Assembly: GCA_965218435.1 (NCBI GenBank)
Contig: CBDCKW010000009.1
Coordinates: 1,024,001-1,088,000 of the forward strand
Reading direction: 5' to 3'
Length of the DNA stretch: 64,000 nt
Origin: Truepera sp.
GTDB lineage: Bacteria > Deinococcota > Deinococci > Deinococcales > Trueperaceae
In this document: in pieces, positions 1-9,959 of the stretch
How positions within the stretch are numbered: the stretch's first letter is position 1
Layout: every line of letters starts with the position of its first letter
Notes under the pieces: generated by a model
Database searches by the model: none
Told to the model about the DNA's origin: nothing
The model's input: the letters and a program-made list of their open reading frames with translations, nothing else
Position numbers and translations under genes: made by a program

Positions 1-126
1 GTTCGCGACTTTTGACCAGCGGTTGTACGTTGAGCGGAGCCAGCCACTGACCGCCATCGAAGCGATGAACGCGACGATCCCGATAAGGTAGTAGCCACCG
101 ATTCCTGAACCTCCACCTATAAACAT
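1..126 (-). CDS. Putative neutral zinc metallopeptidase (YugP-like), N-terminal part only; runs off window start
   Basis: Manual translation MFIGGGSGIGGYYLIGIVAFIASMAVSGWLRSTYNRWSKVAN; AAGGAGG SD upstream; TM helix followed by 'STYNRWSKV' resembles YugP-family N-termini. Not in ORF track. Confidence 0.6.
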   Translation of the reverse strand, partial: MFIGGGSGIGGYYLIGIVAFIASMAVSGWLRSTYNRWSKVAN

Positions 127-365
127 GCCTTTCCTCCTTGAGGCAGCAGCTTCGCAGTGTCTGCCTGATAAGAAGAGTTTACCACGGCAAATCTGAGTGT
201 GGTGTGCTCAGGTTTATGAATACAGGTTCATGTGTTTTGGGAATGAACAAGCTATAAACAGAGCCCAGTCGAGCAGGTAGGCAAAGCGTGCCTTGTTAAG
301 CGTCTATCCCTGAGGAAGTTTGAAACAGTGTTGCTTTATAGTACCGGTTTTGCAGCCTCAGGACG

Positions 366-644
366 TCAATCTTGTGTCACGAGCGCGAATGACTGCACGT
401 AAAAACGTACGGCGGTGCGTTCTTCGTCTTGGAGCTCGAGCTTGACGAAAGATGGTTGGGTGGTCAGGTCGAGGCCGTCGAGTTCGATATAGCTGCGGGC
501 AATCGCAATCGCTTTAACCGCCTGATTGACGGCTTGGGGTCCTATCGCCTGGACTTCAACCTCCTGCTCTTGGCGCAAAAGTGCGGCGATGGCTCCGGCG
601 ACGGAGTTGGGCCGGGAATTTCCCGAGACACGTAGCGTTTCGAT
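366..644 (-). CDS. spoVS: Stage V sporulation protein S family (SpoVS)
   Basis: (I)ETLRVSGNSRPNSVAGAIAALLRQEQEVEVQAIGPQAVNQAVKAIAIAR is the SpoVS signature; homology extends 22 codons above the track start to an ATC codon 6 nt after GAGGGG. Confidence 0.9.
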   Translation of the reverse strand: METLRVSGNSRPNSVAGAIAALLRQEQEVEVQAIGPQAVNQAVKAIAIARSYIELDGLDLTTQPSFVKLELQDEERTAVRFYVQSFALVTQD

Positions 645-900
645 GGTGTACCCCTCTCTCTCTATCTACGCTGACTTACGCTTCAGCGTCTTTTTCAGCC
701 GGTGCTGCCGCGTTTACCCCGTATATTTTTGCACCAACCCCAAGCCATCTTTTAGTAATCTTCACGGTCATTCTCACAATCATAGCGGCACCGGACGAAA
801 AAAGCCAGAGCACCCTTTAGGGTCCTCAACCGCACCGGTTTAGACCTGCACAACTCGTTAGTGGGGCGTAACTACCGGCGAGGCCGCGCTGAAGTTTGGC

Positions 901-929
901 TTGACACTCCCAAACGGCCTCTATATACT
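901..929 (+). promoter_or_regulatory. Sigma70-type promoter of the ilv leader/operon
   Basis: TTGACA (901-906), 17 nt, TATACT (924-929). Confidence 0.85.
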
Positions 930-937
930 CGCACTAG

Positions 938-1054
938 ATGAAAGGCACGCTTATCAGCACAGGTATTTTTATACCGAACCCGGCGACGCTAAACCTAGCG
1001 GGGCTAGACCTAGGTCTAAACCTAGTTATTGTAGGTCGGCAGGGTGCCTTATAG
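938..1054 (+). CDS. ilv operon attenuator leader peptide (38 aa)
   Basis: MKGTLISTGIFIPNPATLNLAGLDLGLNLVIVGRQGAL*; six CTA Leu codons then GTT-ATT-GTA; lies between promoter and terminator. Not in ORF track. Confidence 0.8.
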   Translation: MKGTLISTGIFIPNPATLNLAGLDLGLNLVIVGRQGAL

Positions 1055-1078
1055 TCGTAACGGACGAAGGAGTAAGTG

Positions 1079-1110
1079 CCCCCGCCAACCACACCGGCGG
1101 GGGTTTTTTT
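1079..1110 (+). terminator. Attenuator (intrinsic terminator) upstream of ilvB
   Basis: CCCCCGCC-aaccacacc-GGCGGGGG then T7, about 20 nt before the ilvB start. Confidence 0.88.
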
Positions 1111-1131
1111 GAGGGGTAGAAAGGACTTGTC

Positions 1132-2990
1132 ATGCAAGAGCAACATGGGCGTGCGGCGCAACCCGCTGTAGTCGCTGAGAGAACGGCTGAGGTAGCTACG
1201 CCCCAGGGGACGCCTGAGAAACCAAGAGTGCATCCAGAGAAGCTCAACGGGGCGGCGGCACTTTTGTACGCGCTCGAGCTTGAGGGCGTCAACCTCGTCT
1301 TTGGACACCCCGGCGGCGCGATCATGCCGACCTATGACGCCCTTTACGATTCCCCTATTAAACATATCTTGGTGCGCCACGAACAAGCAGGGGCGCACGC
1401 TGCCGACGCTTACTACCGCGCGTCGGGTCGGGTCGGGGTCTGTTTTGCGACCTCCGGGCCGGGGGCGACGAACCTCGTCACGGGCCTCGCCACCGCGCAT
1501 ATGGATTCGTCGGCGGTCGTGGCAGTCACGGGTAACGTAGCGTCGAACCTGATTGGTACCGACGCCTTTCAAGAGGCCGATGTGTACGGCATCACCTTAC
1601 CCGTTACGAAGCACAACTACCTCGTTAAACACGTCAACGACATTCCCAAAATCGTCCATGAGGCGTTTCATATCGCCTCGACGGGGCGTCCGGGGCCGGT
1701 GCTAATTGACGTGCCTAAAGATATTCAGCAGGCTGACTTTACTGGGACATTTAAGACTGACCTCGAGTTACCCGGTTATAAGCCCACCGCGGTCGGCCAC
1801 GCCAAACAGATCAAACGCGCGGCGGAGGCGATTCGCGCTGCAAAACGGCCCATCATGATGGTCGGCGGCGGCGGTCAGGCAGCCTCGCCGGAGATCGCTG
1901 CCTTTGCTGAACGTACCGGCATTCCGGTCATCACCACGCTGATGGGCTTAGGGGCGTACCCTGCCGGAGCTGACAATGCCCTCGGGATGCCGGGGATGCA
2001 CGGAACCGTGACGGCCAACCGTGCGATCACGCACTCGGACTTGGTGATTGGTGCGGGACTGCGGTTTGACGACCGCGTCACGGGCAATATCAAACGCTTT
2101 GCGCCGAACGCGACGGTCGTTCATATTGATATTGACCCGGCGGAAATTTCCAAACTCGTCAAGGCGCACGTGCCGGTCGTGGGCGATTTGCGCGACGTGT
2201 TGCCGCGTTTGGGAGAGATGTTAGACAACCTCGCTATTCCTGACTGGTGGGCGCAGCTCTCCGAGTGGAAAGGCATGTACCCCGAGCGAATCAAAAAGGA
2301 CAAACCTCTCGTCTCTCAAGAGGTCATTCAGCTCTTTCAACGTGCGACCGGCGGCGACTGCATTGTTACCACCGAAGTAGGGCAACACCAGATGTTCGCG
2401 GCGCGGCTTTTTGCCACGAACGCGCCGCGCAGCTTTATCACCTCGGGTGGCCTCGGGACGATGGGCTTTGGCCTACCCGCTGCCATCGGCGCAGCGTTCG
2501 CCCGGCCTGACAAACAGATTGTGTGCATCGCCGGAGACGGTTCCGTGCAGATGAACATTCAGGAACTCGCCACCATTTACAAGCATCAGCTGCCGATTGT
2601 GATTGCCATTTGCAACAACGGAATGCTCGGGATGGTGCGGCAGTGGCAGGAGATGTTTCACGCGCAGCGGTACAGCGAGGTGTACTTAGCCGACTCGAAC
2701 CCCGACTTCGCCAAGCTTGCCGAAGCGTATGGACTTGACGGCTATAACGTCTTTGACCGGGACGAAGCGGCGCGGCTGATCCCTGAAGTGCTGGCCAAAG
2801 GTAAGCCTGCGGTGATGAACTTCGTCGTCTACGAAGCTGAAAAGGTCTTTCCGATGGTCCCTTCGGGGGCAGGGGTTGACGAGATGCTGATCGGTGACCA
2901 GGAACCCGAAGAGGTTACGGCGCAAGAGGCCCTTAAAACAGAGGAGCAAGCTGACGAGACTGACAGCGTGCAAAAGGTTGCGGGCGACTG

Positions 2991-2991
<1 letters not shown>
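1132..2991 (+). CDS. ilvB: Acetolactate synthase large subunit, biosynthetic type
   Basis: RHEQ, TSGPGATN, TDAFQE, GMHG, RFDDR, GDGS..MNIQEL TPP motif, MVRQWQ. Confidence 0.97.
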
Positions 2992-4543
<1,552 letters not shown>

Positions 4544-4648
4544 TCCGGTGAGGGTTGAGGGCACATTTTTAATCGGTAATAACCTGCGACTACCGTAGTT
4601 TGTCATCTGCCCTTGTGCCCTCAACCTCTACTAGAAAGGACGAACTCT

Positions 4649-6229
4649 ATGGCTTACGTTAAAATTTTTGACACGACCCTCCGAGACGGCGAACAGTCGC
4701 CCGGTGTGGCGCTTAACACCGGGCAAAAGCTCGAGCTTGCGCACGCCTTAGCGCGCCTCGGCGTAGACATCATCGAAGCAGGCTTTCCGATTGCCAGCGA
4801 CGGCGATTTCGACTGCGTGTATCAGATTGCTAAAGAGGTGAGAGGCCCGGTGATTTGCGGTCTGGCCCGGACGCATAAAGGTGACATCGAGCGGGCGGCG
4901 CAGGCCATCGAACCGGCTGAGCGGGGCCGGATTCACACCTTCACGAGCGCGTCGAAAGTGCACCTCGAGTACATCCTCAAGAAAACTGAAGACGAGGTTT
5001 TGGAGCTGTCCGACGAGATGGTGCGGTACGCAAAACGGTTTACCGATGATGTCGAGTTTTCCGCGCAGGACTGTATGCGGGCGAGCCCTGAATTCGTCTA
5101 CAAACTCGTTCGCACGGCAATCGCAGCGGGCGCGACAACCGTCAATATCCCCGATACGACGGGTTACGGCACGCCTGAAGAATACGGTGCACTGATTAAG
5201 AGCATCTTCAGCCATGTTCCTGAAGCGCATAACGTTGCAATCTCAACGCACTGCCATGATGATCTGGGGATGGCGGTCGCAAACTCTCTGGCAGCAGTTG
5301 AAAACGGCGCGACGCAGATCGAATGCACGGTCAACGGCATCGGCGAAAGGGCAGGGAACACTTCGTTAGAAGAATGCGTCATGGCGCTCTATACCCGCAA
5401 AGACCACTACGGCGCAGACATCGGGATTAAAACGCAGGAGCTTTACAACGTCTCGAGGCTCGTGCAGCGGCATACCGGGATGATGGTGCCGCCGAACAAG
5501 GCTATCGTCGGTGACAACGCGTTTGCCCACGAGTCGGGGATTCATCAGGACGGCGTGTTAAAGCACAAGCAAACGTATGAGATTATGAACGCCGAACTCG
5601 TCGGGCGTGAGGCGGGCGTCTTGGTGATGGGCAAACACTCGGGTCGTCACGCGTTCAAAAAGGCGCTTACCGATATGGGTTACGACCTCGAGAATGAGGT
5701 TCCCGATTATGGCATCAGCGCCGATTCGGTTGACGTATTGTTCAAACGCTTTAAGGATTTGGCCGACCGTAAAGGGGCTGTGAATACCGACGACATTCGG
5801 GCGCTCGTCGAAAACGAAGTGATGAAGGTGGCCGAGACGTATAAGCTCGAGCACGTTCAGTTTCAGTCCGGCACCGGTGAGATGACTCCTTCGGCGTTGG
5901 TACGCATCAGCACGCCCGAAGGTACGCTGGCAGAAACCGCTTTGGGTGACGGCCCGGTAGACGCTGCGTTTAAGGCGCTCGGGAAGCTGACGCCAGTGCC
6001 GTTTGTTTTAGAGTCTTACGACCTCAAGGCTATCGGCAAAGGGACTGACGCGCTCGGTGAGGTCTCGATCCGGGTAAACAGCGAGGGGCAAATTGTCCAC
6101 GGACGGGCTATTTCGACCGATGTCGTTCATGCGTCGGTGTTGGCATATGTAGACGTTTTGAACAAGCTGGCGGCGGGGGTTGGGCGTAACAAAGCGGCGG
6201 CGAATCAGATTACGATGACAACGCCGTAA
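4649..6229 (+). CDS. leuA: 2-isopropylmalate synthase
   Basis: DTTLRDGEQSPG, HCHDDLG, NGIGERAGN, HESGIHQDG, C-terminal allosteric domain (GDGPVDA); start set at ATG 4649 after AAAGGA. Confidence 0.96.
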   Translation: MAYVKIFDTTLRDGEQSPGVALNTGQKLELAHALARLGVDIIEAGFPIASDGDFDCVYQIAKEVRGPVICGLARTHKGDIERAAQAIEPAERGRIHTFTSASKVHLEYILKKTEDEVLELSDEMVRYAKRFTDDVEFSAQDCMRASPEFVYKLVRTAIAAGATTVNIPDTTGYGTPEEYGALIKSIFSHVPEAHNVAISTHCHDDLGMAVANSLAAVENGATQIECTVNGIGERAGNTSLEECVMALYTRKDHYGADIGIKTQELYNVSRLVQRHTGMMVPPNKAIVGDNAFAHESGIHQDGVLKHKQTYEIMNAELVGREAGVLVMGKHSGRHAFKKALTDMGYDLENEVPDYGISADSVDVLFKRFKDLADRKGAVNTDDIRALVENEVMKVAETYKLEHVQFQSGTGEMTPSALVRISTPEGTLAETALGDGPVDAAFKALGKLTPVPFVLESYDLKAIGKGTDALGEVSIRVNSEGQIVHGRAISTDVVHASVLAYVDVLNKLAAGVGRNKAAANQITMTTP

Positions 6230-6232
6230 GCT

Positions 6233-6421
6233 GTGGATAAGCTTCTGGAAGATACGTCATTTGCAGCAGTGTCTGGCGTGTCTGAAGTTGGCACACTTGG
6301 GGCTATGGGTAATTTTTGGGACGAGTATGACTTTACAGAATTCGGTACGGGTGTACCCGATTTTATTTTCGACGTAAGCCCAAATCTCCTTATGATGAGC
6401 GGGAAGCGAGGTAAAAAATGA
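6233..6421 (+). pseudogene. Probable decayed CopG/BrnA-like antitoxin fragment
   Basis: MGNFWDEYDFTEF resembles the 'EFWDxHDxxDY' N-terminal motif of CopG-type antitoxins; no C-terminal RHH evident. Confidence 0.35.
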
Positions 6422-6627
6422 ACAGCTACACAGCGATTGTCAAAAAGAGCGGAGCGTGGTGGGTCGGTTGGATTGAAGAGGTTCCGGGAGTCAACGCACA
6501 GGAGCGGACAAGAGAAAAGCTTCTGGGGAGCCTTAAAGAGGTACTTGGAGAGGCGCTCGAGTTCAACCGTGAGGATGCTCGCTCAGCTGCTGAAAGAGAC
6601 TACACCGAAGAACTCGTTCAGGTGTGA
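6418..6627 (+). CDS. hicB: HicB family antitoxin (short form)
   Basis: YTAIVKKSGAWWVGWIEEVPGVNAQERTREKLLGSL; GTGA overlap with hicA. Confidence 0.85.
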   Translation: MNSYTAIVKKSGAWWVGWIEEVPGVNAQERTREKLLGSLKEVLGEALEFNREDARSAAERDYTEELVQV

Positions 6628-6812
6628 AACGCCGAAAGCTCATCAAGCATCTTAGTGAGAACGGCTGTGAGCTTATTCGAGAAGGCGCGAACCACTCTTG
6701 GTGGGGAAACAAAACGCAAGCTAAACGAACTGCCGTACCAAGGCATAACGAGATAGATGATCTGCTCGCCCGTAAAATCTGCAACGATCTGGGCATTCCT
6801 AAAGTCAGCTGA
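6624..6812 (+). CDS. hicA: HicA family mRNA interferase toxin
   Basis: LIREGANHSWW, TAVPRH, LARKICNDLGI; 62 aa. Confidence 0.9.
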   Translation: MKRRKLIKHLSENGCELIREGANHSWWGNKTQAKRTAVPRHNEIDDLLARKICNDLGIPKVS

Positions 6813-6864
6813 GTTTTCGGAGCGAATAATATATCTGCGCGTATGGGCAAAGTGACTTGATGAG

Positions 6865-7332
6865 GTGAGAATGAGGATTCAACTAGCGCAGGTCAATGTG
6901 GCCAAGATGCTTGCACCCACGGACGACCCCGTAATGGCGGAGTTCATGGAGAATTTGGAACCTATCAACGCACTTGCCGACGCTGCGCCGAGGTTTGTCC
7001 GGCGTTTGCAGACTGAAGACGGCGACGCGACGCGTTTGCAGGTATTTGACGACACGCTCATCATCGTCAACATATCGGTGTGGACTTCAGCCCAGGCACT
7101 TAAAGGTTACGTCTACAAAAGCCGATATGTGGACTTCGTGCGGCGTCGTAAGGCGTGGTTTGAACGGTTTATTGGAATGCACTACGCGCTCTGGTGGGTT
7201 CCTGTGGAGCATATCCCGGACGTTTTAGGGGCGAAGGGGAGGCTCGAGCACCGTGAGCTTTACGGCGACACCGAGCGGGCTTTTTCATTTCAAAATATTT
7301 TTGAGCCTACCGCTATAGCTGAGGGCGTCTAG
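6865..7332 (+). CDS. DUF3291 domain protein
   Basis: QLAQVNVA, INALAD, IVNISVW, RRRKAWF, ALWWVP; start may be ATG 6871. Confidence 0.8.
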   Translation: MRMRIQLAQVNVAKMLAPTDDPVMAEFMENLEPINALADAAPRFVRRLQTEDGDATRLQVFDDTLIIVNISVWTSAQALKGYVYKSRYVDFVRRRKAWFERFIGMHYALWWVPVEHIPDVLGAKGRLEHRELYGDTERAFSFQNIFEPTAIAEGV

Positions 7333-7336
7333 CGGC

Positions 7337-8038
7337 GTGCGGGTGGTTGGTCTTATCGGCGGGATGAGCTGGGAATCGAGCGCCGAGTACTACCGCATCA
7401 TCAATGAAACCGTTAGAGACCGCCTCGGCCCGCTCTACTCAGCCAAGAGCTTGATGTACACCGTGAACTTTCACGAGATCGAAGCCATGCAGCACGCCGG
7501 GCGTTGGGACGAAGCCGCTAAGGTTTTGGTCGACGCGGCGCGGCGGCTCGAGCGGGGCGGTGCCGACTGCATTGTCATCTGCACCAATACGATGCACAAG
7601 CTCGCCCGTCAGGTTGAAGCGTCGGTAACAATCCCGCTTATCCATATTGCGGACGCCACCGCGCAAAAGATTCGGGCCGCGAAGCTGAAAAAAGTGGGCT
7701 TACTCGGTACGGCGTTTACGATGGAACAGGATTTCTACAAAGAGCGACTTAGAGAATTCGGTTTAGAAGTCGTTGTCCCCGACGCCTCAGATCGTCAGGC
7801 CGTCCACCGCATTATTTATGACGAGCTTTGTCAGGGCAAAGTTTTGTCCACTTCGAAGGCTCACTACGTCAGAATTATGAACGGATTAGTTGAACGCGGA
7901 GCCGAAGGAATGATTTTAGGTTGTACCGAGATCATGCTTCTGGTAAGCCAAGCAGATAGCCCTGTCCCTATTTTTGATACGACGACCTTACACGCGCACG
8001 CAGCGGTAGACTTTGCGCTCGAGAGACCTCATGCCTGA
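7337..8038 (+). CDS. Asp/Glu racemase family amino-acid racemase (YgeA/RacX-like)
   Basis: GLIGGMSWES, CTNTMH, GLLGTAFTMEQDFY, ILGCTEI. Confidence 0.92.
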   Translation: MRVVGLIGGMSWESSAEYYRIINETVRDRLGPLYSAKSLMYTVNFHEIEAMQHAGRWDEAAKVLVDAARRLERGGADCIVICTNTMHKLARQVEASVTIPLIHIADATAQKIRAAKLKKVGLLGTAFTMEQDFYKERLREFGLEVVVPDASDRQAVHRIIYDELCQGKVLSTSKAHYVRIMNGLVERGAEGMILGCTEIMLLVSQADSPVPIFDTTTLHAHAAVDFALERPHA

Positions 8039-9620
8039 TCAAACGATTGAAATCTACGACACCACCCTCCGCGACGGCACCCAAGGTACCGGCTTCAGCC
8101 TCACCTCAGATGATAAAGTTGCCGTTGCTAAACGCCTCGACGCCTTCGGCGTGGACGTGATTGAAGGGGGTTGGCCGGGATCGAACCCCAAAGACGTCGC
8201 GTTTTTCGAGCGGATGAAGGGCGTTAAGCTGGCGCACGCGCGGTTAGCTGCGTTCGGCTCGACGCGGCGCAAAGGTGTCACGGCCGAGCGCGACGCCAAC
8301 CTGACGGCGCTCCTCTTGGCTGAGACGCCCGTTGTGACGATCTTCGGTAAATCGTGGCCGCTGCACGTTACCGAGGCGCTGGGCGCGACGCTGCCGGAGA
8401 ACCTGGAGATGATCCGCGATTCGGTGGCGTTTCTCAAAAATCAAGGCCGCGAAGTCTTTTACGACGCCGAGCACTTTTTCGATGGCTACCGCGCCGATCC
8501 CGAGTATGCGCTGGCAACTCTGCAGGCCGCGCAGGGTGCGGGTGCAGCACGCCTCATTTTGTGTGATACAAACGGCGGCTCGTTACCAAACTTTATTGCT
8601 GAGGCAACGCAGCTCGTTTGTTCGCGGTTTAGTGTGCCGGTCGGCATTCATACCCACAACGACGCGGAGCTGGCGGTCGCTAACGCGCTAGCGGCGGTGC
8701 AAGTTGGGGCGCGGCAGGTGCAGGGAACAGTGGGCGGGTATGGGGAGCGTTGCGGGAACACCAACCTCGTCAGTGTGATTCCGGCCCTTAAACTCAAGCT
8801 TGGTTTTGAGCAGCCCCAAGACCTGGGTGCGCTGCGCGAACTCGCCCGCTACGTGGACGAAAGGGCGAATTTGCAACCGAACGTACGCGCCCCGTACGTC
8901 GGCGACGCGGCGTTCGCCCATAAGGGCGGCGTTCACGTCTCGGCGGTGGCGAAAAATCCGGAGACGTACGAACACATCCCGCCGGAAACGGTCGGGAACA
9001 GCCGTCAGGTGCTCTTGTCCGACCTCTCGGGCCGCGCCAACGTGCTGGCAAAGTCGGCGGGGGCCGCACCGGGAGAGGTGGCGGCAGTCGTTGAGCGGCT
9101 TAAAGAACTCGAGCACCGTGGTTACGCCTTCGAAGGGGCCGAGGCGAGTTTTCAGCTGATGAGCCAGAAGGTGCGGGGCCACTACCGGCCGTACTTTACG
9201 CTCCACGGTTACAAAGTCTTGATGGACAAACGCGACGGCGACCTTTACCCGTACTCGGAGGCGAGTGTACAGCTCGAGGTCGGCGGCCAGTTAGAGCACA
9301 CCGCCGCGACCGGTGACGGTCCCGTGAACGCGCTCGACCGGGCGCTCGGCAAGGCGCTCGGACGGTTTTACCCGACGCTCCGTGAGCTGAAACTGACCGA
9401 CTATAAAGTGCGGGTGTTGTCGGGCGGGGAGACGGGCACCTCGAGCGTCGTCCGGGTTCAGGTTGAAACTACTGACGGCACCGACACCTGGGGGACCGTT
9501 GGCGCGAGCAGCGATATTATCAATGCGTCATACGCCGCGCTCATCGACGCCATCGAATACAAACTCTATAAAGATAAAGTCGCGCCGCAACAGGCCAAGG
9601 TTGTAAAGGCTGCTGTATAA
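8031..9620 (+). CDS. cimA: Citramalate synthase
   Basis: YDTTLRDGTQG, GGWPGSNPKD, YDAEHFFDG, GERCGN, AFAHKGGVH; start at ATG 8031. Confidence 0.93.
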   Translation: MPDQTIEIYDTTLRDGTQGTGFSLTSDDKVAVAKRLDAFGVDVIEGGWPGSNPKDVAFFERMKGVKLAHARLAAFGSTRRKGVTAERDANLTALLLAETPVVTIFGKSWPLHVTEALGATLPENLEMIRDSVAFLKNQGREVFYDAEHFFDGYRADPEYALATLQAAQGAGAARLILCDTNGGSLPNFIAEATQLVCSRFSVPVGIHTHNDAELAVANALAAVQVGARQVQGTVGGYGERCGNTNLVSVIPALKLKLGFEQPQDLGALRELARYVDERANLQPNVRAPYVGDAAFAHKGGVHVSAVAKNPETYEHIPPETVGNSRQVLLSDLSGRANVLAKSAGAAPGEVAAVVERLKELEHRGYAFEGAEASFQLMSQKVRGHYRPYFTLHGYKVLMDKRDGDLYPYSEASVQLEVGGQLEHTAATGDGPVNALDRALGKALGRFYPTLRELKLTDYKVRVLSGGETGTSSVVRVQVETTDGTDTWGTVGASSDIINASYAALIDAIEYKLYKDKVAPQQAKVVKAAV

Positions 9621-9737
9621 TTGGGTTTTTATACAAAATGCGCCGCTCATCTCTTCGCAAAGATGCGTCCTGGTTGACGAAGGCAAGTTTAACGTGTGAG
9701 CTTCTTGTCATAATGTTGTGCCGACGTTGCATGAAAA

Positions 9738-9767
9738 TTGACAGTACCGGGGCAGAACCGCTAGACT
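9738..9767 (+). promoter_or_regulatory. Candidate gltB promoter
   Basis: TTGACA, 18 nt, TAGACT. Confidence 0.55.
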
Positions 9768-9959
9768 TAGGGGCGCTGCTTCGTCAGCTTTTGTAGCGAC
9801 TCGAGCTGTTTTCTCATAGCTTTCACACAGTGTTGCCCTAAGTGTTGCCACACAACATTTTTGTAACACCGCGTTTTTACAACGCCGAACGCTGCCCGGA
9901 TAGGCGGTAGCTAACAGTACGGCCCAGCTGATCCGTCTCTGTCTGAAAGGAGCGCCCCC

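Noticed and set aside
940..1110. T-box riboswitch reading of the ilv leader
   Set aside because: No T-box consensus (AAnnnGGGTGGnACCRCG) seen; a leader peptide is present
901..1119. 72-aa track ORF upstream of ilvB
   Set aside because: Its TTG start is the -35 hexamer and it runs through the terminator; the 938-1054 frame explains the region better
934..1572. 212-aa antisense ORF and the many similar shadow ORFs opposite long genes
   Set aside because: They overlap well-supported genes, show no family motifs and are expected in GC-rich DNA
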